From the NCBI GenBank assembly GCA_018829775.1, contig JAHJTL010000008.1, positions 13,967 through 77,966 of the forward strand: a stretch of 64,000 nucleotides of DNA, in the 5' to 3' direction. Below the pieces are notes generated by a model. The model had not been told where the DNA came from, made no database searches, and saw only the letters and a list, made by a program, of their open reading frames with translations. The translations under genes and the position numbers were made by a program. The stretch's first letter is position 1, and every line of letters starts with the position of its first letter. The stretch is from Chloroflexota bacterium. GTDB lineage: Bacteria; Chloroflexota; Dehalococcoidia; Dehalococcoidales; RBG-16-60-22. This document shows, piece after piece, positions 45,646-55,433 of this stretch.

Positions 45646-46491
45646 CTATTTCAGCGCCTCAAGCGCCTCGGCGTACATTTCATCGGACAGTTTGCAGAAG
45701 TGCAGGTTCTTGTGCTCGAAAGAAGGCACTCCCTTGCATTTGGTGGTGTGGGCGATGATAATGTGCGGCTTTCCCTTGACCCTGTCCGCGTTTTCCAGGG
45801 CGGTAAGGATGGCTTCGAAGTCGTGGCCGTTAATCTCGGCCGTATCCCAGGCGAAAGCTTTCCACTTGTCCACCCACGGCATCATGTTCATCCTTTCCTC
45901 AATCGTGCCGCTGGACTGGAATTTATTGTGGTCGAGGATGGCAACCAGGTTATCCACTTTGTAGTGGAGCGCGGCCATGACCGCTTCCCATATCTGTCCT
46001 TCATTGCTCTCTCCATCCCCGATGATGCAGTAAACACGATAGCGGGGGACGGGGCGACCGGACGAATCCTTGGGAGCATCGATGCGGGCCGCCAGTGCTT
46101 CGCCAAGGGCAAAGGACAGTCCCTGGCCCAGCGAGCCGCCGGAATACTCAATCCCGGGCACAATCCGCTCCGTGTGCGCCTGCAGGGTAGCTCCCATATG
46201 GCCGTAGGACTTGTATAGTTCTTTCGAGAAGTAACCCGCCTCGCCGAAAGCGGCATAGACCGTCTCACAGCAGTGGGCCTTGGAAACGATGAGCCGGTCC
46301 CTGTCCTCCCAGTCGGGGTTTTTCGAGTCGTGCTTCATTTGGTGGAACATCAGCGCGGCGATAATATCCGCCTGCGAAAACGAGCCGCCTATCCAGCCGG
46401 AATCGCCGGCTTTAATCATTTCCACGGCGTCTCTACGGATAATCCTGGCTTTTTCTGCCAGCTTCTGAATTAGCTTTTCATCGTGGGCCAT
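45646..46491 (-). CDS. transketolase, N-terminal (TPP-binding) subunit
   Basis: GSLGQGLS and IIGDGESNEGQIWEA TPP motif. Confidence 0.88.
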   Translation of the reverse strand: MAHDEKLIQKLAEKARIIRRDAVEMIKAGDSGWIGGSFSQADIIAALMFHQMKHDSKNPDWEDRDRLIVSKAHCCETVYAAFGEAGYFSKELYKSYGHMGATLQAHTERIVPGIEYSGGSLGQGLSFALGEALAARIDAPKDSSGRPVPRYRVYCIIGDGESNEGQIWEAVMAALHYKVDNLVAILDHNKFQSSGTIEERMNMMPWVDKWKAFAWDTAEINGHDFEAILTALENADRVKGKPHIIIAHTTKCKGVPSFEHKNLHFCKLSDEMYAEALEALK

Positions 46492-46580
46492 AGCTTCTAT
46501 ACCTCCTGTAGCCTGCTAGATATATATTATACGGACGGCACCATCAGCGCAAACCATATTATTTGCCGCGGTTAATTCAC

Positions 46581-46631
46581 CCAAAAAGAAAAGGGAAGGT
46601 CTCCAAAATCATTCGCGGATTCCTTCCCCTT
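46581..46631 (-). terminator. intrinsic terminator after the E1 beta gene
   Basis: GGGGAAGG.../...CCTTCCC stem, then TTTTCTTTTT on the minus strand. Confidence 0.55.
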
Positions 46632-46698
46632 TCATAGCGCTTAATTCAACCACAGTATGATACTATAGATACAATCGGCGCTGCAATCAGGACAGCAA

Positions 46699-47679
46699 TT
46701 ACAGTATCTGGTTGATGGCCTCTATCAGGTTTTCCTCTTTGGGTATCCAGTAATCCTCCAGAACCACCCCGTACGGTACCGGTGTATCCGGCGCGTTAAC
46801 CCGCTTTATCGGGGCATCAAGGTAGTCGAACCCTTCATCGGCCACTATGGCCGCCACATGCTCGGCGAAACTCCCCGTTTTACATTCCTCGGTGAAAACG
46901 ACCAGACGGCCGGTTTTCTCTACCGACTTCAGCACCGTCTCCTTGTCGAAGGGCACGATGGTGCGCGGGTCGATGACTTCCAGGCTGATGCCCTTTTCCT
47001 TCTGCAATTTTTCCGCGGCATTCAGCGCCCGTGTTACCATGGCCGCCGTGGCGACTACCGTAATGTCGCTTCCTTCCCGTTTGATATCCGCCTGTCCGAA
47101 GGGGATAAGATATTCCTCTTCCGGTGCCTCGCTCTTGGGCCCGGCCCACATCAAGAACTTGTGCTCGAAGAACATCACCGGGTTGTCATCCCTGATGGCG
47201 GTCTTGAGCAGTCCTTTGGCATCGTAGGCGTTTGAGGGCAGGACAATCTTCAGCCCCGGGATGCTCATCATCATGCCCTCGATGCTCTGCGAATGCTGGG
47301 CGGCGGAACGTCGGCCGGCGCCCGTGAGAGCGTCCATGGTAAGGGGCATTTTTATCTTGCCCCCGAACATGTACTTCATCTTGGTCATCTGGTTCATGAT
47401 TTCATCCCAGGCCACTCCAAGGAAATCAGCGAATCGCATCCGCGCAATGGGCCTCATCCCGGTGATGGCAGCACCGATTGAGGCACCGAGAATGGCTGCC
47501 TCGGAGAGAGGGGTATCCCGGACCCGGTCTATTCCGTATTTCTTATACAGGCCGCCGATTTCACCCATCAGGCCGCCCATCGGGCCCACGTCTTCCCCGA
47601 TGATGAATACCGCAGGGTCCCTGGCCATTTCCTCGTCGAGGGCTTCACCAATCGCCTGTCGAATATTTATCTCTCTCAT
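46699..47679 (-). CDS. 2-oxoacid/acetoin dehydrogenase E1 component beta subunit
   Basis: 326 aa. Transketolase-like pyrimidine-binding and C-terminal domains (FIIGEDVG, DTPLSEAA). Confidence 0.88.
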   Translation of the reverse strand: MREINIRQAIGEALDEEMARDPAVFIIGEDVGPMGGLMGEIGGLYKKYGIDRVRDTPLSEAAILGASIGAAITGMRPIARMRFADFLGVAWDEIMNQMTKMKYMFGGKIKMPLTMDALTGAGRRSAAQHSQSIEGMMMSIPGLKIVLPSNAYDAKGLLKTAIRDDNPVMFFEHKFLMWAGPKSEAPEEEYLIPFGQADIKREGSDITVVATAAMVTRALNAAEKLQKEKGISLEVIDPRTIVPFDKETVLKSVEKTGRLVVFTEECKTGSFAEHVAAIVADEGFDYLDAPIKRVNAPDTPVPYGVVLEDYWIPKEENLIEAINQIL

Positions 47680-47688
47680 TCCTGTCTC

Positions 47689-48648
47689 CTATGTAAAAAC
47701 GTTATCCAGAGTCTCTTCCAGTTCCGGGAAGGGGCTTTCCAGAGCGAATTTCACCGCCTCATCCATTTCGGCAAGCGCTTCTTTATCAATGGCTTCAGCC
47801 TGTTTTTCCGTCAGCAACTTCATCTCAAGCAGCTTCTTCTGGTAAGAGTTAATCGGGTCTCTTTTTAACCACTCGTCAATCTCCTCTTTGGGGCGGTAGG
47901 TGCCGGAGTCTCCCTCAAAGTGTCCGCGATAACGGTACGTCTTGGCCTCGATAAGGGTCGGTCCCTGTCCATTTCTGGCCCTGGCCACCGCCTCGCCCGC
48001 GGTTTCATAGACCGCTGTAACGTCCATGCCGTCAACCACAACTCCCGGGATTCCGTAGCCGACGGCTCTATCGGCAACGTTGGGTACATTCAGGGAGATG
48101 CTGGTGGGCACGGAAACCGCCCAGAGGTTGTTTTCGCAGATGAAGACGACCGGCAGGTGCCAGACGGAGGCGAGGTTGATTCCTTCGTGGAAGCGTCCGG
48201 TGTTGGAGGCGCCGTCGCCGAAAAAGCAGATGGTCACCTGGTCGGTACCTCTCAGTACGGCGGAAAGCCCGGCGCCGGTGGCAATGGGGATTCCCGAGCC
48301 AACGATACCGGCCGCACCCAGCATACCGATATCCAGGTCGGCGATGTGCATGGAACCTCCCTTGCCCAGACAGTAGCCGGTCTTCTTGGCGAACAGTTCC
48401 GCCATCATCTTATTGGTTTCACCGCCCTTGGCGATGAGGTGCCCGTGTCCGCGGTGGGTGCTCATGATGTAGTCCTCTTTTTTCAGGTGAGCAATTGCCC
48501 CGGTGGCCACCGCCTCCTCACCGATGTAGAGATGGACGCTGCCGGGGATATTTCCGTCGGCGAACTCCCGGGCAACACGTTCCTCGAACCGCCTGATGCG
48601 GACCATGGTTCGAAACATCCAGAGCAGTTTTTCCTTTTCAATAGCCAT
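47689..48648 (-). CDS. 2-oxoacid/acetoin dehydrogenase E1 component alpha subunit (TPP-binding)
   Basis: FFGDGASNTG TPP motif, YRYRGHFEGD. ATG 48648 follows AAGGGAG. Confidence 0.88.
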   Translation of the reverse strand: MAIEKEKLLWMFRTMVRIRRFEERVAREFADGNIPGSVHLYIGEEAVATGAIAHLKKEDYIMSTHRGHGHLIAKGGETNKMMAELFAKKTGYCLGKGGSMHIADLDIGMLGAAGIVGSGIPIATGAGLSAVLRGTDQVTICFFGDGASNTGRFHEGINLASVWHLPVVFICENNLWAVSVPTSISLNVPNVADRAVGYGIPGVVVDGMDVTAVYETAGEAVARARNGQGPTLIEAKTYRYRGHFEGDSGTYRPKEEIDEWLKRDPINSYQKKLLEMKLLTEKQAEAIDKEALAEMDEAVKFALESPFPELEETLDNVFT

Positions 48649-48775
48649 AGCAACTCCCTTCTCCATAACTGGGGTCAATCAGTGAGGTCTGAGAAAAAGT
48701 GACCGGCTTTACACCAGCAGGTTTCAATCAATCCCCAATATTATACAATACCCTCTTCAGAAATGTGAAACCTGG

Positions 48776-49579
48776 TCACCACGACCGGATGGTCTGCGAG
48801 ATACCGCCATCAACCACCAGGGTAGTCCCCGTGATGTACTTTGCCTCGTTGGAGTTAAGGAAAAGGGCAGCATTGGCGGTGTCCCAGCCCTCACCCTGCC
48901 GGCCCATGGGGGACATGGCATCACGGCGGCGCCACATTTCCTCTATATCACCTCCAGCCCAGGCATCTTTGTTGTAGTACTCAGCCTGCGGCGTCTTCAT
49001 CAGCCCGGGGAGGATGACGTTGCAGCGGATGCCTTTATCGGCGTACTCGAGGGCGATATCTCTGGTCAGGGCAATTATTGCTGACTTTGAAGAGGCGTAG
49101 GCGCAGTTGGGCAGGGTGAACCGTATGGCGCCCACCGAGGCGATATTGGTGATGGAACCTCCCCCCTGCTTCAACATGTGGGGGATGACGTATTTTCCGG
49201 TGAGGAACATGCTCTTCACGTTTACCGCCATCACCTTGTCCCAGGTCTCTTCTGCAGTCTCAATGACACCGCCCCACTGCCCGATGCCCACGTTATTGTG
49301 CAGTATGTCAATCCGGCCGAACTTCTGAATACAGGTCTCGACCATCTTCTGACAGTCGCTCGCTTTGGAAACATCGGCCTGGAAGGTGATGCATTCGCCG
49401 CCTTCTTCGTCAATCATTTTCTTGGTTTCCTCGGCAGCTTCGAGGTTATAGTCAACCGCCATGACTTTGGCGCCCTCCCGGGCAAAGACGATGGTTGTCG
49501 CTTTGCCGTTGCCCATGCCGGGAAGCACGGAACCGGCGCCGGTAACAATGGCTACTTTATCTTTCAATCTCTCTCCCAT
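48776..49579 (-). CDS. SDR oxidoreductase, tandem paralog 3
   Basis: Starts MGERLKDKVAIVTGAGS. YASSK catalytic motif. The track ORF to 49762 runs through the paralog 2 tail and is an artefact. Confidence 0.88.
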   Translation of the reverse strand: MGERLKDKVAIVTGAGSVLPGMGNGKATTIVFAREGAKVMAVDYNLEAAEETKKMIDEEGGECITFQADVSKASDCQKMVETCIQKFGRIDILHNNVGIGQWGGVIETAEETWDKVMAVNVKSMFLTGKYVIPHMLKQGGGSITNIASVGAIRFTLPNCAYASSKSAIIALTRDIALEYADKGIRCNVILPGLMKTPQAEYYNKDAWAGGDIEEMWRRRDAMSPMGRQGEGWDTANAALFLNSNEAKYITGTTLVVDGGISQTIRSW

Positions 49580-49598
49580 TGTTAAATCCTCCCTCTCT

Positions 49599-50420
49599 CT
49601 ATTTCTTTTCGGACGGCCACGACCTCTGGGTTGCGGAAAGACCGGCATCAACCAGCAGGGTAGTCCCGGTGATATACTTCGAATCATCGGAGGCGAGAAA
49701 CAGGGCAGCGTAGGCCACATCCCACGGTTCGCCCTGCTTGCCGGTGGGGGACATGGCGTCACGGCGCTGCCACATCAGTTCAACGCTGCCGTCGCCGTAG
49801 GCGTCCGGGTTATAGTACTCGACCATCGGCGTCTTCATCATTCCGGGCAGGATGGCGTTGCAGCGGATGCCCTTGTCCGCATACTGAATGGCCACCTCCC
49901 GGGTGAGGGCAATTACCCCGGCTTTGGAGACGGAATAAGCAAGCGCTGGCGCCGGCTGACACCGGATGGCGCTGAGTGAGGAAATATTGATGATTATGCC
50001 GCTCTTCTGGGTTTCCATGTGGGGCAGGGCATATTTACAGGTGAGGAACATGCTTTTCAGGTTGATGGCCATAGTCTTGTCCCAGATTTCCTCCGGCGTC
50101 TCCACCGGCCCGCCGTATCCGCCCATCCCCACGTTATTGTGCAGGATGTCGACCCGACCGAACTTCTCGATGCAGGTCTCGACCATCTTCTGGCAGTCGC
50201 TTGTCTTGGAAACATCGGCGTAGAACGCGATGCAGGTGCCGCCTTCCCCTTCAATGGTGCGTTTGGTTTCCTCAGCGGCTTCCAGATTATAGTCAACCGC
50301 CATTATTTTGGCACCCTCTTGGGCGAAGACAATGGATGTTGCCTTGCCATTGCCCGTCCCGGCCAGGATTGAACCGGCGCCGGTGACAATGGCTACCCTA
50401 TCTTTGAGGCGTTCTCCCAT
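49599..50420 (-). CDS. SDR oxidoreductase, tandem paralog 2
   Basis: MGERLKDRVAIVTGAGS, YSVSKAG. Confidence 0.88.
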   Translation of the reverse strand: MGERLKDRVAIVTGAGSILAGTGNGKATSIVFAQEGAKIMAVDYNLEAAEETKRTIEGEGGTCIAFYADVSKTSDCQKMVETCIEKFGRVDILHNNVGMGGYGGPVETPEEIWDKTMAINLKSMFLTCKYALPHMETQKSGIIINISSLSAIRCQPAPALAYSVSKAGVIALTREVAIQYADKGIRCNAILPGMMKTPMVEYYNPDAYGDGSVELMWQRRDAMSPTGKQGEPWDVAYAALFLASDDSKYITGTTLLVDAGLSATQRSWPSEKK

Positions 50421-50452
50421 CTTTTTCTCCTTTTATATCGGCATATCAATGT

Positions 50453-51271
50453 CTATTTCGCTTCCGGTGACCAGGTTCTCATTGTCCCGGACAGGCCGCC
50501 GTCCACGAGCAGTGTGGTTCCGGTAATGTATTTCGAATCATCGGAGGCAAGAAACAGCGCGGCGTAGGCGATATCCCAGGGTTCACCCTGCTTGCCGGTG
50601 GGGGACATAGCATCCCGCCGCCGCCACATCTCTTCGATATCGCCGCCCCAGAAATCTGTATAGTAGCGTGCCACCCGCGGTGTCTTCATCAGCCCCGGAA
50701 GGATAGTGTTGCAGCGGATACCCTTGGCAGCATACTGAATGGCCACCTCGCGCGTCAGGGCAATCACGCCCGCTTTGGAGACGGAATAGGCCAGCAAAGA
50801 CGATGGCTCGGCACGTAACGCGACAATCGAAGCGATGTTGATGATGACGCCACTTCCTTGCTTCTCCATATGGGGCAGGGCATATTTGCAGGTGAGGAAC
50901 ATGCTTTTCAGATTCACGCTCATTACACGGTCCCAGGTCTCCTCGCTGATTTCCACCGGACCGCCGTGTGCTCCCAATGCTACATTGTTGTCCAGGATAT
51001 CCAGGCGGCCGAACTTCTCGATGCAGGTCTCGACCATCTTCTGGCAGTCGCTGGCGAGGGACACATCCGCCTTGAAGGTGATGCACTGGCCGCCCTCTTC
51101 ATCAATCATGCGTTTGGTTTCCTCGGCGGCTTCAGGGTTGATGTCAGCCGCCATGACCCTGGCGCCCTCACGGGCGAAGAGAATGGCCGTTGCCTTGCCA
51201 TTTCCCATGCCGGGACCGATGGCACCAGCCCCGGTGATGATGGCTACCTTGTCTTTCAGACGCTCTCCCAT
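50453..51271 (-). CDS. SDR oxidoreductase, tandem paralog 1
   Basis: MGERLKDKVAIITGAGA, YSVSKAG. Confidence 0.88.
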   Translation of the reverse strand: MGERLKDKVAIITGAGAIGPGMGNGKATAILFAREGARVMAADINPEAAEETKRMIDEEGGQCITFKADVSLASDCQKMVETCIEKFGRLDILDNNVALGAHGGPVEISEETWDRVMSVNLKSMFLTCKYALPHMEKQGSGVIINIASIVALRAEPSSLLAYSVSKAGVIALTREVAIQYAAKGIRCNTILPGLMKTPRVARYYTDFWGGDIEEMWRRRDAMSPTGKQGEPWDIAYAALFLASDDSKYITGTTLLVDGGLSGTMRTWSPEAK

Positions 51272-51336
51272 AGCTCACCAACTTTTAACGCCTGCGAAAA
51301 AAGCGACTTACCCCTATGCCTCCTCCGACTTTTCCC

Positions 51337-52368
51337 TCAGGGGAGCAACAATATTTTGCCCGCCTCACCGCTCTGGGCCAGTTCAAAAGCTTTCTCATAG
51401 TCAGCCAGCGGGAAGCGGTGGGTTATTATCGGCAGGGGGTCGAACCTGCCTGTGTCCAGCATAGCCCGAACCTGCCACCATGTCTGCCAGACCACCCGGC
51501 CAAACACGCCAAATACTCTTGCTTCCTTGAGTATGATATTGGGGTGGAAGTCAAATTCTATTGGTCCCGGCGGCACACCCACCAGGCTTACCCTGCCCTC
51601 ACGCTTCAATACCTGGAAGCAAAGTTTGGTGGCTTCAGCGTTGCCGCTGAGCTCAATTGATACGTCCACACCGAGACTACCGGTGGCATCCATGATGGTC
51701 TTGACCGGGTCCTGCTCTTTGGAGTTAATAATGGTGACATCGGGAAAGAGCTGGCGCGCCATAGCGATACGTTTCGGTGCTACTTCAATACCGAAAATTT
51801 TGGTAGCCCCGAATACTCTGGAAGCACCGAGAGCGAACATGCCAATGGGTCCACAGCCAAAGACCGCCACGCTTTTACCGTTGATTTCCCCGGCCATGAC
51901 ACCATGCATCCCTACACCGAGCGGTTCGTGGATGGCGCCGAGTTCGTAAGAAGTGCCCGGCGGGTGTTTCCAGCATACCTGTGCCGGCACGGTCATATAT
52001 TCAGCAAAGGCACCATTAAGCGTGTGGCCGAGGAGGCCCATGTTCAGACAGTTGAGCGCGGCGTCGTTCTGGCAGTAGTAACATTCCCCGCAGAATATAT
52101 GCGGCTCCGGGGAAACAAGGTCGCCCTTCTTGATGTTGGTCACGCATTCACCCACCTCTATCACCTCTCCGCACGTTTCGTGACCGGTAACAATGGGCAA
52201 CTGCATCATCTTCATGATATTGGGTGATGAATGATAGATGTGGATATCACTGCCGCAGATCGCGGTCCCCATAATTTTGACCAGGACATCCTTGGGCCCG
52301 ACCTTGGGCATATCAACATCCTTATATTCGTACCCTACAGCTTCGGTTGCTTTCACCAACGCTTTCAT
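51337..52368 (-). CDS. zinc-dependent alcohol dehydrogenase (threonine/butanediol dehydrogenase-like MDR)
   Basis: AICGSDIH, GHETCG, CGECYYC. Confidence 0.87.
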   Translation of the reverse strand: MKALVKATEAVGYEYKDVDMPKVGPKDVLVKIMGTAICGSDIHIYHSSPNIMKMMQLPIVTGHETCGEVIEVGECVTNIKKGDLVSPEPHIFCGECYYCQNDAALNCLNMGLLGHTLNGAFAEYMTVPAQVCWKHPPGTSYELGAIHEPLGVGMHGVMAGEINGKSVAVFGCGPIGMFALGASRVFGATKIFGIEVAPKRIAMARQLFPDVTIINSKEQDPVKTIMDATGSLGVDVSIELSGNAEATKLCFQVLKREGRVSLVGVPPGPIEFDFHPNIILKEARVFGVFGRVVWQTWWQVRAMLDTGRFDPLPIITHRFPLADYEKAFELAQSGEAGKILLLP

Positions 52369-52414
52369 TTCATCTGCTTCCTTTCCATATCAGAATTCGC
52401 TGTCAAAGGGAACA

Positions 52415-52460
52415 CATAAGAAAACCCCTGTAAATTCCTCTTTTGAGTTCGTTACAGGGG
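52415..52460 (-). terminator. intrinsic terminator after the small-paralog pair
   Basis: 9-bp stem CCCCTGTAA/TTACAGGGG, then TTTTCTT on the minus strand. Confidence 0.55.
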
Positions 52461-52620
52461 ATTCCGGTAACTTTTCCATGTATTCTGATATGCTGAATGA
52501 TGATGGTTTCTGATAATCGGTCAGTCAATTCAGGTTCAGCTATACCAGCGAGCATCATTGTCTATTATACCGCATTCCAGGACACACGACCAGCCGCTAA
52601 GTTCCACCACAATACTGCTT

Positions 52621-53031
52621 CTAGCTCTGGGCCAGTGCTTCCAGCAATTTGTCGGCCGCTTCCTTGGCGGACATGCCGACTGAAACGCCGAGTTTCTTGG
52701 CCGCCTCATTAACCGCAGAAATCTGCCCCTGCTCATAGGTGCTCATTCCGGAGCCGACTTTGGCCGACATGGCTGCGACAGCGGCGGCCGGGATGCCCTG
52801 TTCATCGCACATTTTGAGGGCGGCGATACCGGCGTCGTTCTTTCCCATCCCGGCATCGTTGCCTATCATGGCGCCAACGCCGCTGTGAATCGTCATCTCC
52901 CCGACGTTTACCCCGCAGTGGGAACCATCGACAAAGACATCGCCCTTGGTACTTTCATCCATCGCTGCCGCAGAATCAGCAACGACGATTTTGCGGTTTC
53001 CTGATTGCTTTATTATTATCTGACCAGCCAA
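52621..53031 (-). CDS. unknown-function protein, paralog B (136 aa)
   Basis: GSHCG, GNDAGMGKNDAGIAAL, GIPAAAVAAMSAK motifs. I align it by eye at roughly 60% identity to the upstream neighbour. Confidence 0.75.
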   Translation of the reverse strand: MAGQIIIKQSGNRKIVVADSAAAMDESTKGDVFVDGSHCGVNVGEMTIHSGVGAMIGNDAGMGKNDAGIAALKMCDEQGIPAAAVAAMSAKVGSGMSTYEQGQISAVNEAAKKLGVSVGMSAKEAADKLLEALAQS

Positions 53032-53050
53032 TGTTTACCCCCTCCCCTTT

Positions 53051-53473
53051 CTATGTCGCGTTCAAAATTCCTTCCAGCATTTTATCAGCTGCTTCTTTGG
53101 CAGTCATGCCCACCGTAACACCCATCTTTTTGGCCACTTCGTTGACTGTCGATATGACACCTTCATTGTAGGTGGACTGGCCAACGCCGATTTCGGCAGA
53201 CATGGCCGCTACGGCTGCGGCCGGGATGCCATGCTCTTCCAGGGTCTTCAGGGATGCTATCCCCGCATTTTCCAGGCCAATGCCGGCATCATTGCCAATC
53301 GCCCCGAGGGCACCACTTGGGAGTATGTAGTCGGGAGCGATATTGGCACCGCAGTGTGAACCGTTAACAACGATATCGTTTTTATTATCCTCGGTGACGG
53401 AGGTTGCAGAATCGGCAATGACAATACGCAGTCCGCCAGACTCCCTTACCACTTTATGCACTTCATGCGTCAT
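53051..53473 (-). CDS. unknown-function protein, paralog A (140 aa)
   Basis: The same motif set (GSHCG, GNDAGIGLENAGIASL, GIPAAAVAAMSAE). Lies 45 nt after dctM. Confidence 0.75.
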   Translation of the reverse strand: MTHEVHKVVRESGGLRIVIADSATSVTEDNKNDIVVNGSHCGANIAPDYILPSGALGAIGNDAGIGLENAGIASLKTLEEHGIPAAAVAAMSAEIGVGQSTYNEGVISTVNEVAKKMGVTVGMTAKEAADKMLEGILNAT

Positions 53474-53518
53474 AAATCCTACCTCCCCGTCTCTGAACTA
53501 AGTATCTGATACTGGTTA

Positions 53519-54859
53519 CTAACGTATCATCTGACCAGGTAACCAGGTAATTATCTCAGGAACAAGTGTGAAAATGATAAGTCCGATAATAATCAGCGCC
53601 ACATGTGGTAGTACGCCTTTGACGATATCCCCCATAGTTATGCCCAGTTTAGGGTCGGCTGCGCCGCGGCAGATGAAGATTCCAGAGGCAAACGGTGGGG
53701 TCATAAAGGCCATCTGCAGGTTCACACAGACCATAATGGAGAACCAGAGGAGGGGGAAACCGGCTGCCTCAGCGATGGGGGTGATAATCGGTACCATAAT
53801 ATAGACGATGGCGATCCATTCGATGAACATGCCCATGATGAAGATGATGAACATGATGATGGCGAAAATACCCCACTTGCCACCGGGTGCACTCAAAATG
53901 ATATTGGACATAACCTCGCGGCCACCACCACCGAGAAAGACGGCGCTAAAGGCCACGGCCATGGTAACGATGACGAAAATAAAGCCGCAGGCTCGCATGG
54001 TGATGAGCGAAGCCTCTTTCAGTGTTGTCAAGCTGAAACGCCGGTAGGCAATGGCAAGTATGGTAGCCATGAAAGCGCCGACACCAGCTGCCTCGGTGGG
54101 GGGTGCGACGCCAAAAAAGATTACGCCCAGTACCGACAGGATGAGAATAGCGACAGGTAAAATAGAGGTAAGCAGCATGGTAGTTTTTTTAAGGAAAGGC
54201 ACTTTCCTGTCTTCAGAGGGAACAGATGGTGCAATTTGCGGCTGGAGATAACACCGTATAGCGATATAGGTAATATACAGGGCAGACAGGGTAAATCCGG
54301 GTAAAAAGGCACCGAAGAAGAGCTGGCCCACGGAGATTCCAGCCATCGGCCCATAAAGCACGAGCATGATGCTTGGGGGAATAAGTATTCCCAGGCAGCC
54401 GCCGGCGGTTACGGCACCGGTGGCCAGGGGCTTGCTGTAGCCGCGCTTGAGCATCGATGGAAGAACCGCCAGCGCCAGCATGGTGATGGAGGCGGCGATG
54501 ATGCCCACGGTGGCGGCGATGATGGTGCCCATGAGCACGGTGACGATGGCCAGACCGCCTCTCAGGCCGCCGAGCCACAGGTACAGAGCATCATATAAGC
54601 GTTCCGCTATACCGGAGCGTTCCAGCATTACCCCCATGAAAACGAACAGGGGTACTGCGATGATGACGTAGTTGGTCATGATGCCATAGATATTGGTATA
54701 AATGACGTCAGCTACTTGTACTATGCCACCAAAAACAAAAAGGCCGACAAATAAAGCTAAAGCTCCGACGATAAATCCAAGAGGGTAACCGGTTAAGACT
54801 CCAATAAAAACACCGCCCAGCATGATGGCGGTAACCATTTCGGGACTTAAATCAATCAT
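53519..54859 (-). CDS. dctM: TRAP transporter large permease
   Basis: 446 aa polytopic protein. 8-nt overlap with dctQ. Confidence 0.88.
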   Translation of the reverse strand: MIDLSPEMVTAIMLGGVFIGVLTGYPLGFIVGALALFVGLFVFGGIVQVADVIYTNIYGIMTNYVIIAVPLFVFMGVMLERSGIAERLYDALYLWLGGLRGGLAIVTVLMGTIIAATVGIIAASITMLALAVLPSMLKRGYSKPLATGAVTAGGCLGILIPPSIMLVLYGPMAGISVGQLFFGAFLPGFTLSALYITYIAIRCYLQPQIAPSVPSEDRKVPFLKKTTMLLTSILPVAILILSVLGVIFFGVAPPTEAAGVGAFMATILAIAYRRFSLTTLKEASLITMRACGFIFVIVTMAVAFSAVFLGGGGREVMSNIILSAPGGKWGIFAIIMFIIFIMGMFIEWIAIVYIMVPIITPIAEAAGFPLLWFSIMVCVNLQMAFMTPPFASGIFICRGAADPKLGITMGDIVKGVLPHVALIIIGLIIFTLVPEIITWLPGQMIR

Positions 54860-55361
54860 ATGGCTTGCCTCTTATCAGTAGATATGTGTCCCGGAAGAAA
54901 TGGGCTATGGCCTGAAGTGCAAACAGGCAGAGTCCATAGAATATAACTGTTCTCAATGGTCCCGCCGGCGGGTACCAGCCGGTAATGGGCATCTTCTCAC
55001 CGGTTGCCCAGGCATCAAACATCCAGCTCCAGGCGGCAAAGGAGATCATAAATATAAACGGGAAGAAGAGGAGCAACGTGCCAAGGAAATCAATGAGAGC
55101 CTGAGCTCTAAGGGGAAGGTGCGAATATATCATATCGACCCTGACATGAGCCCTGTGCCGGTGTGTGTAGGCAAAGGCGAGGATGTAGGAACTGGCGGCG
55201 AGCATGACGTGGAGCTCGTATCCCCACAGGGTCGGCTTGGTGAAAACATAGCGGAGCATGACCTCAAGGGTCACCAACACCACCAGTGCTACGATAAACC
55301 ACCGCCCTGTTTTTGCCGTCCACTCACTGATGGTGTCAACGGTATGTATAAATTTTCTCAT
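54852..55361 (-). CDS. dctQ: TRAP transporter small permease
   Basis: 169 aa, 4 TM segments, in the canonical position. Confidence 0.82.
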   Translation of the reverse strand: MRKFIHTVDTISEWTAKTGRWFIVALVVLVTLEVMLRYVFTKPTLWGYELHVMLAASSYILAFAYTHRHRAHVRVDMIYSHLPLRAQALIDFLGTLLLFFPFIFMISFAAWSWMFDAWATGEKMPITGWYPPAGPLRTVIFYGLCLFALQAIAHFFRDTYLLIRGKPYD

Positions 55362-55433
55362 AATTGTTCTTTTCTAGTTATTGAACTTCCCCGCCCCGAA
55401 AGACTCTCCGGGGCGGGGAATTGGCTCTAGAAA

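Noticed and set aside
49580-49762. N-terminal 61-aa extension of SDR paralog 3 in the ORF track
   Set aside because: The extension reads through the 3' end of paralog 2 in another frame. All three paralogs start at a conserved MGERLKD, and the internal ATG at 49579 matches that start.
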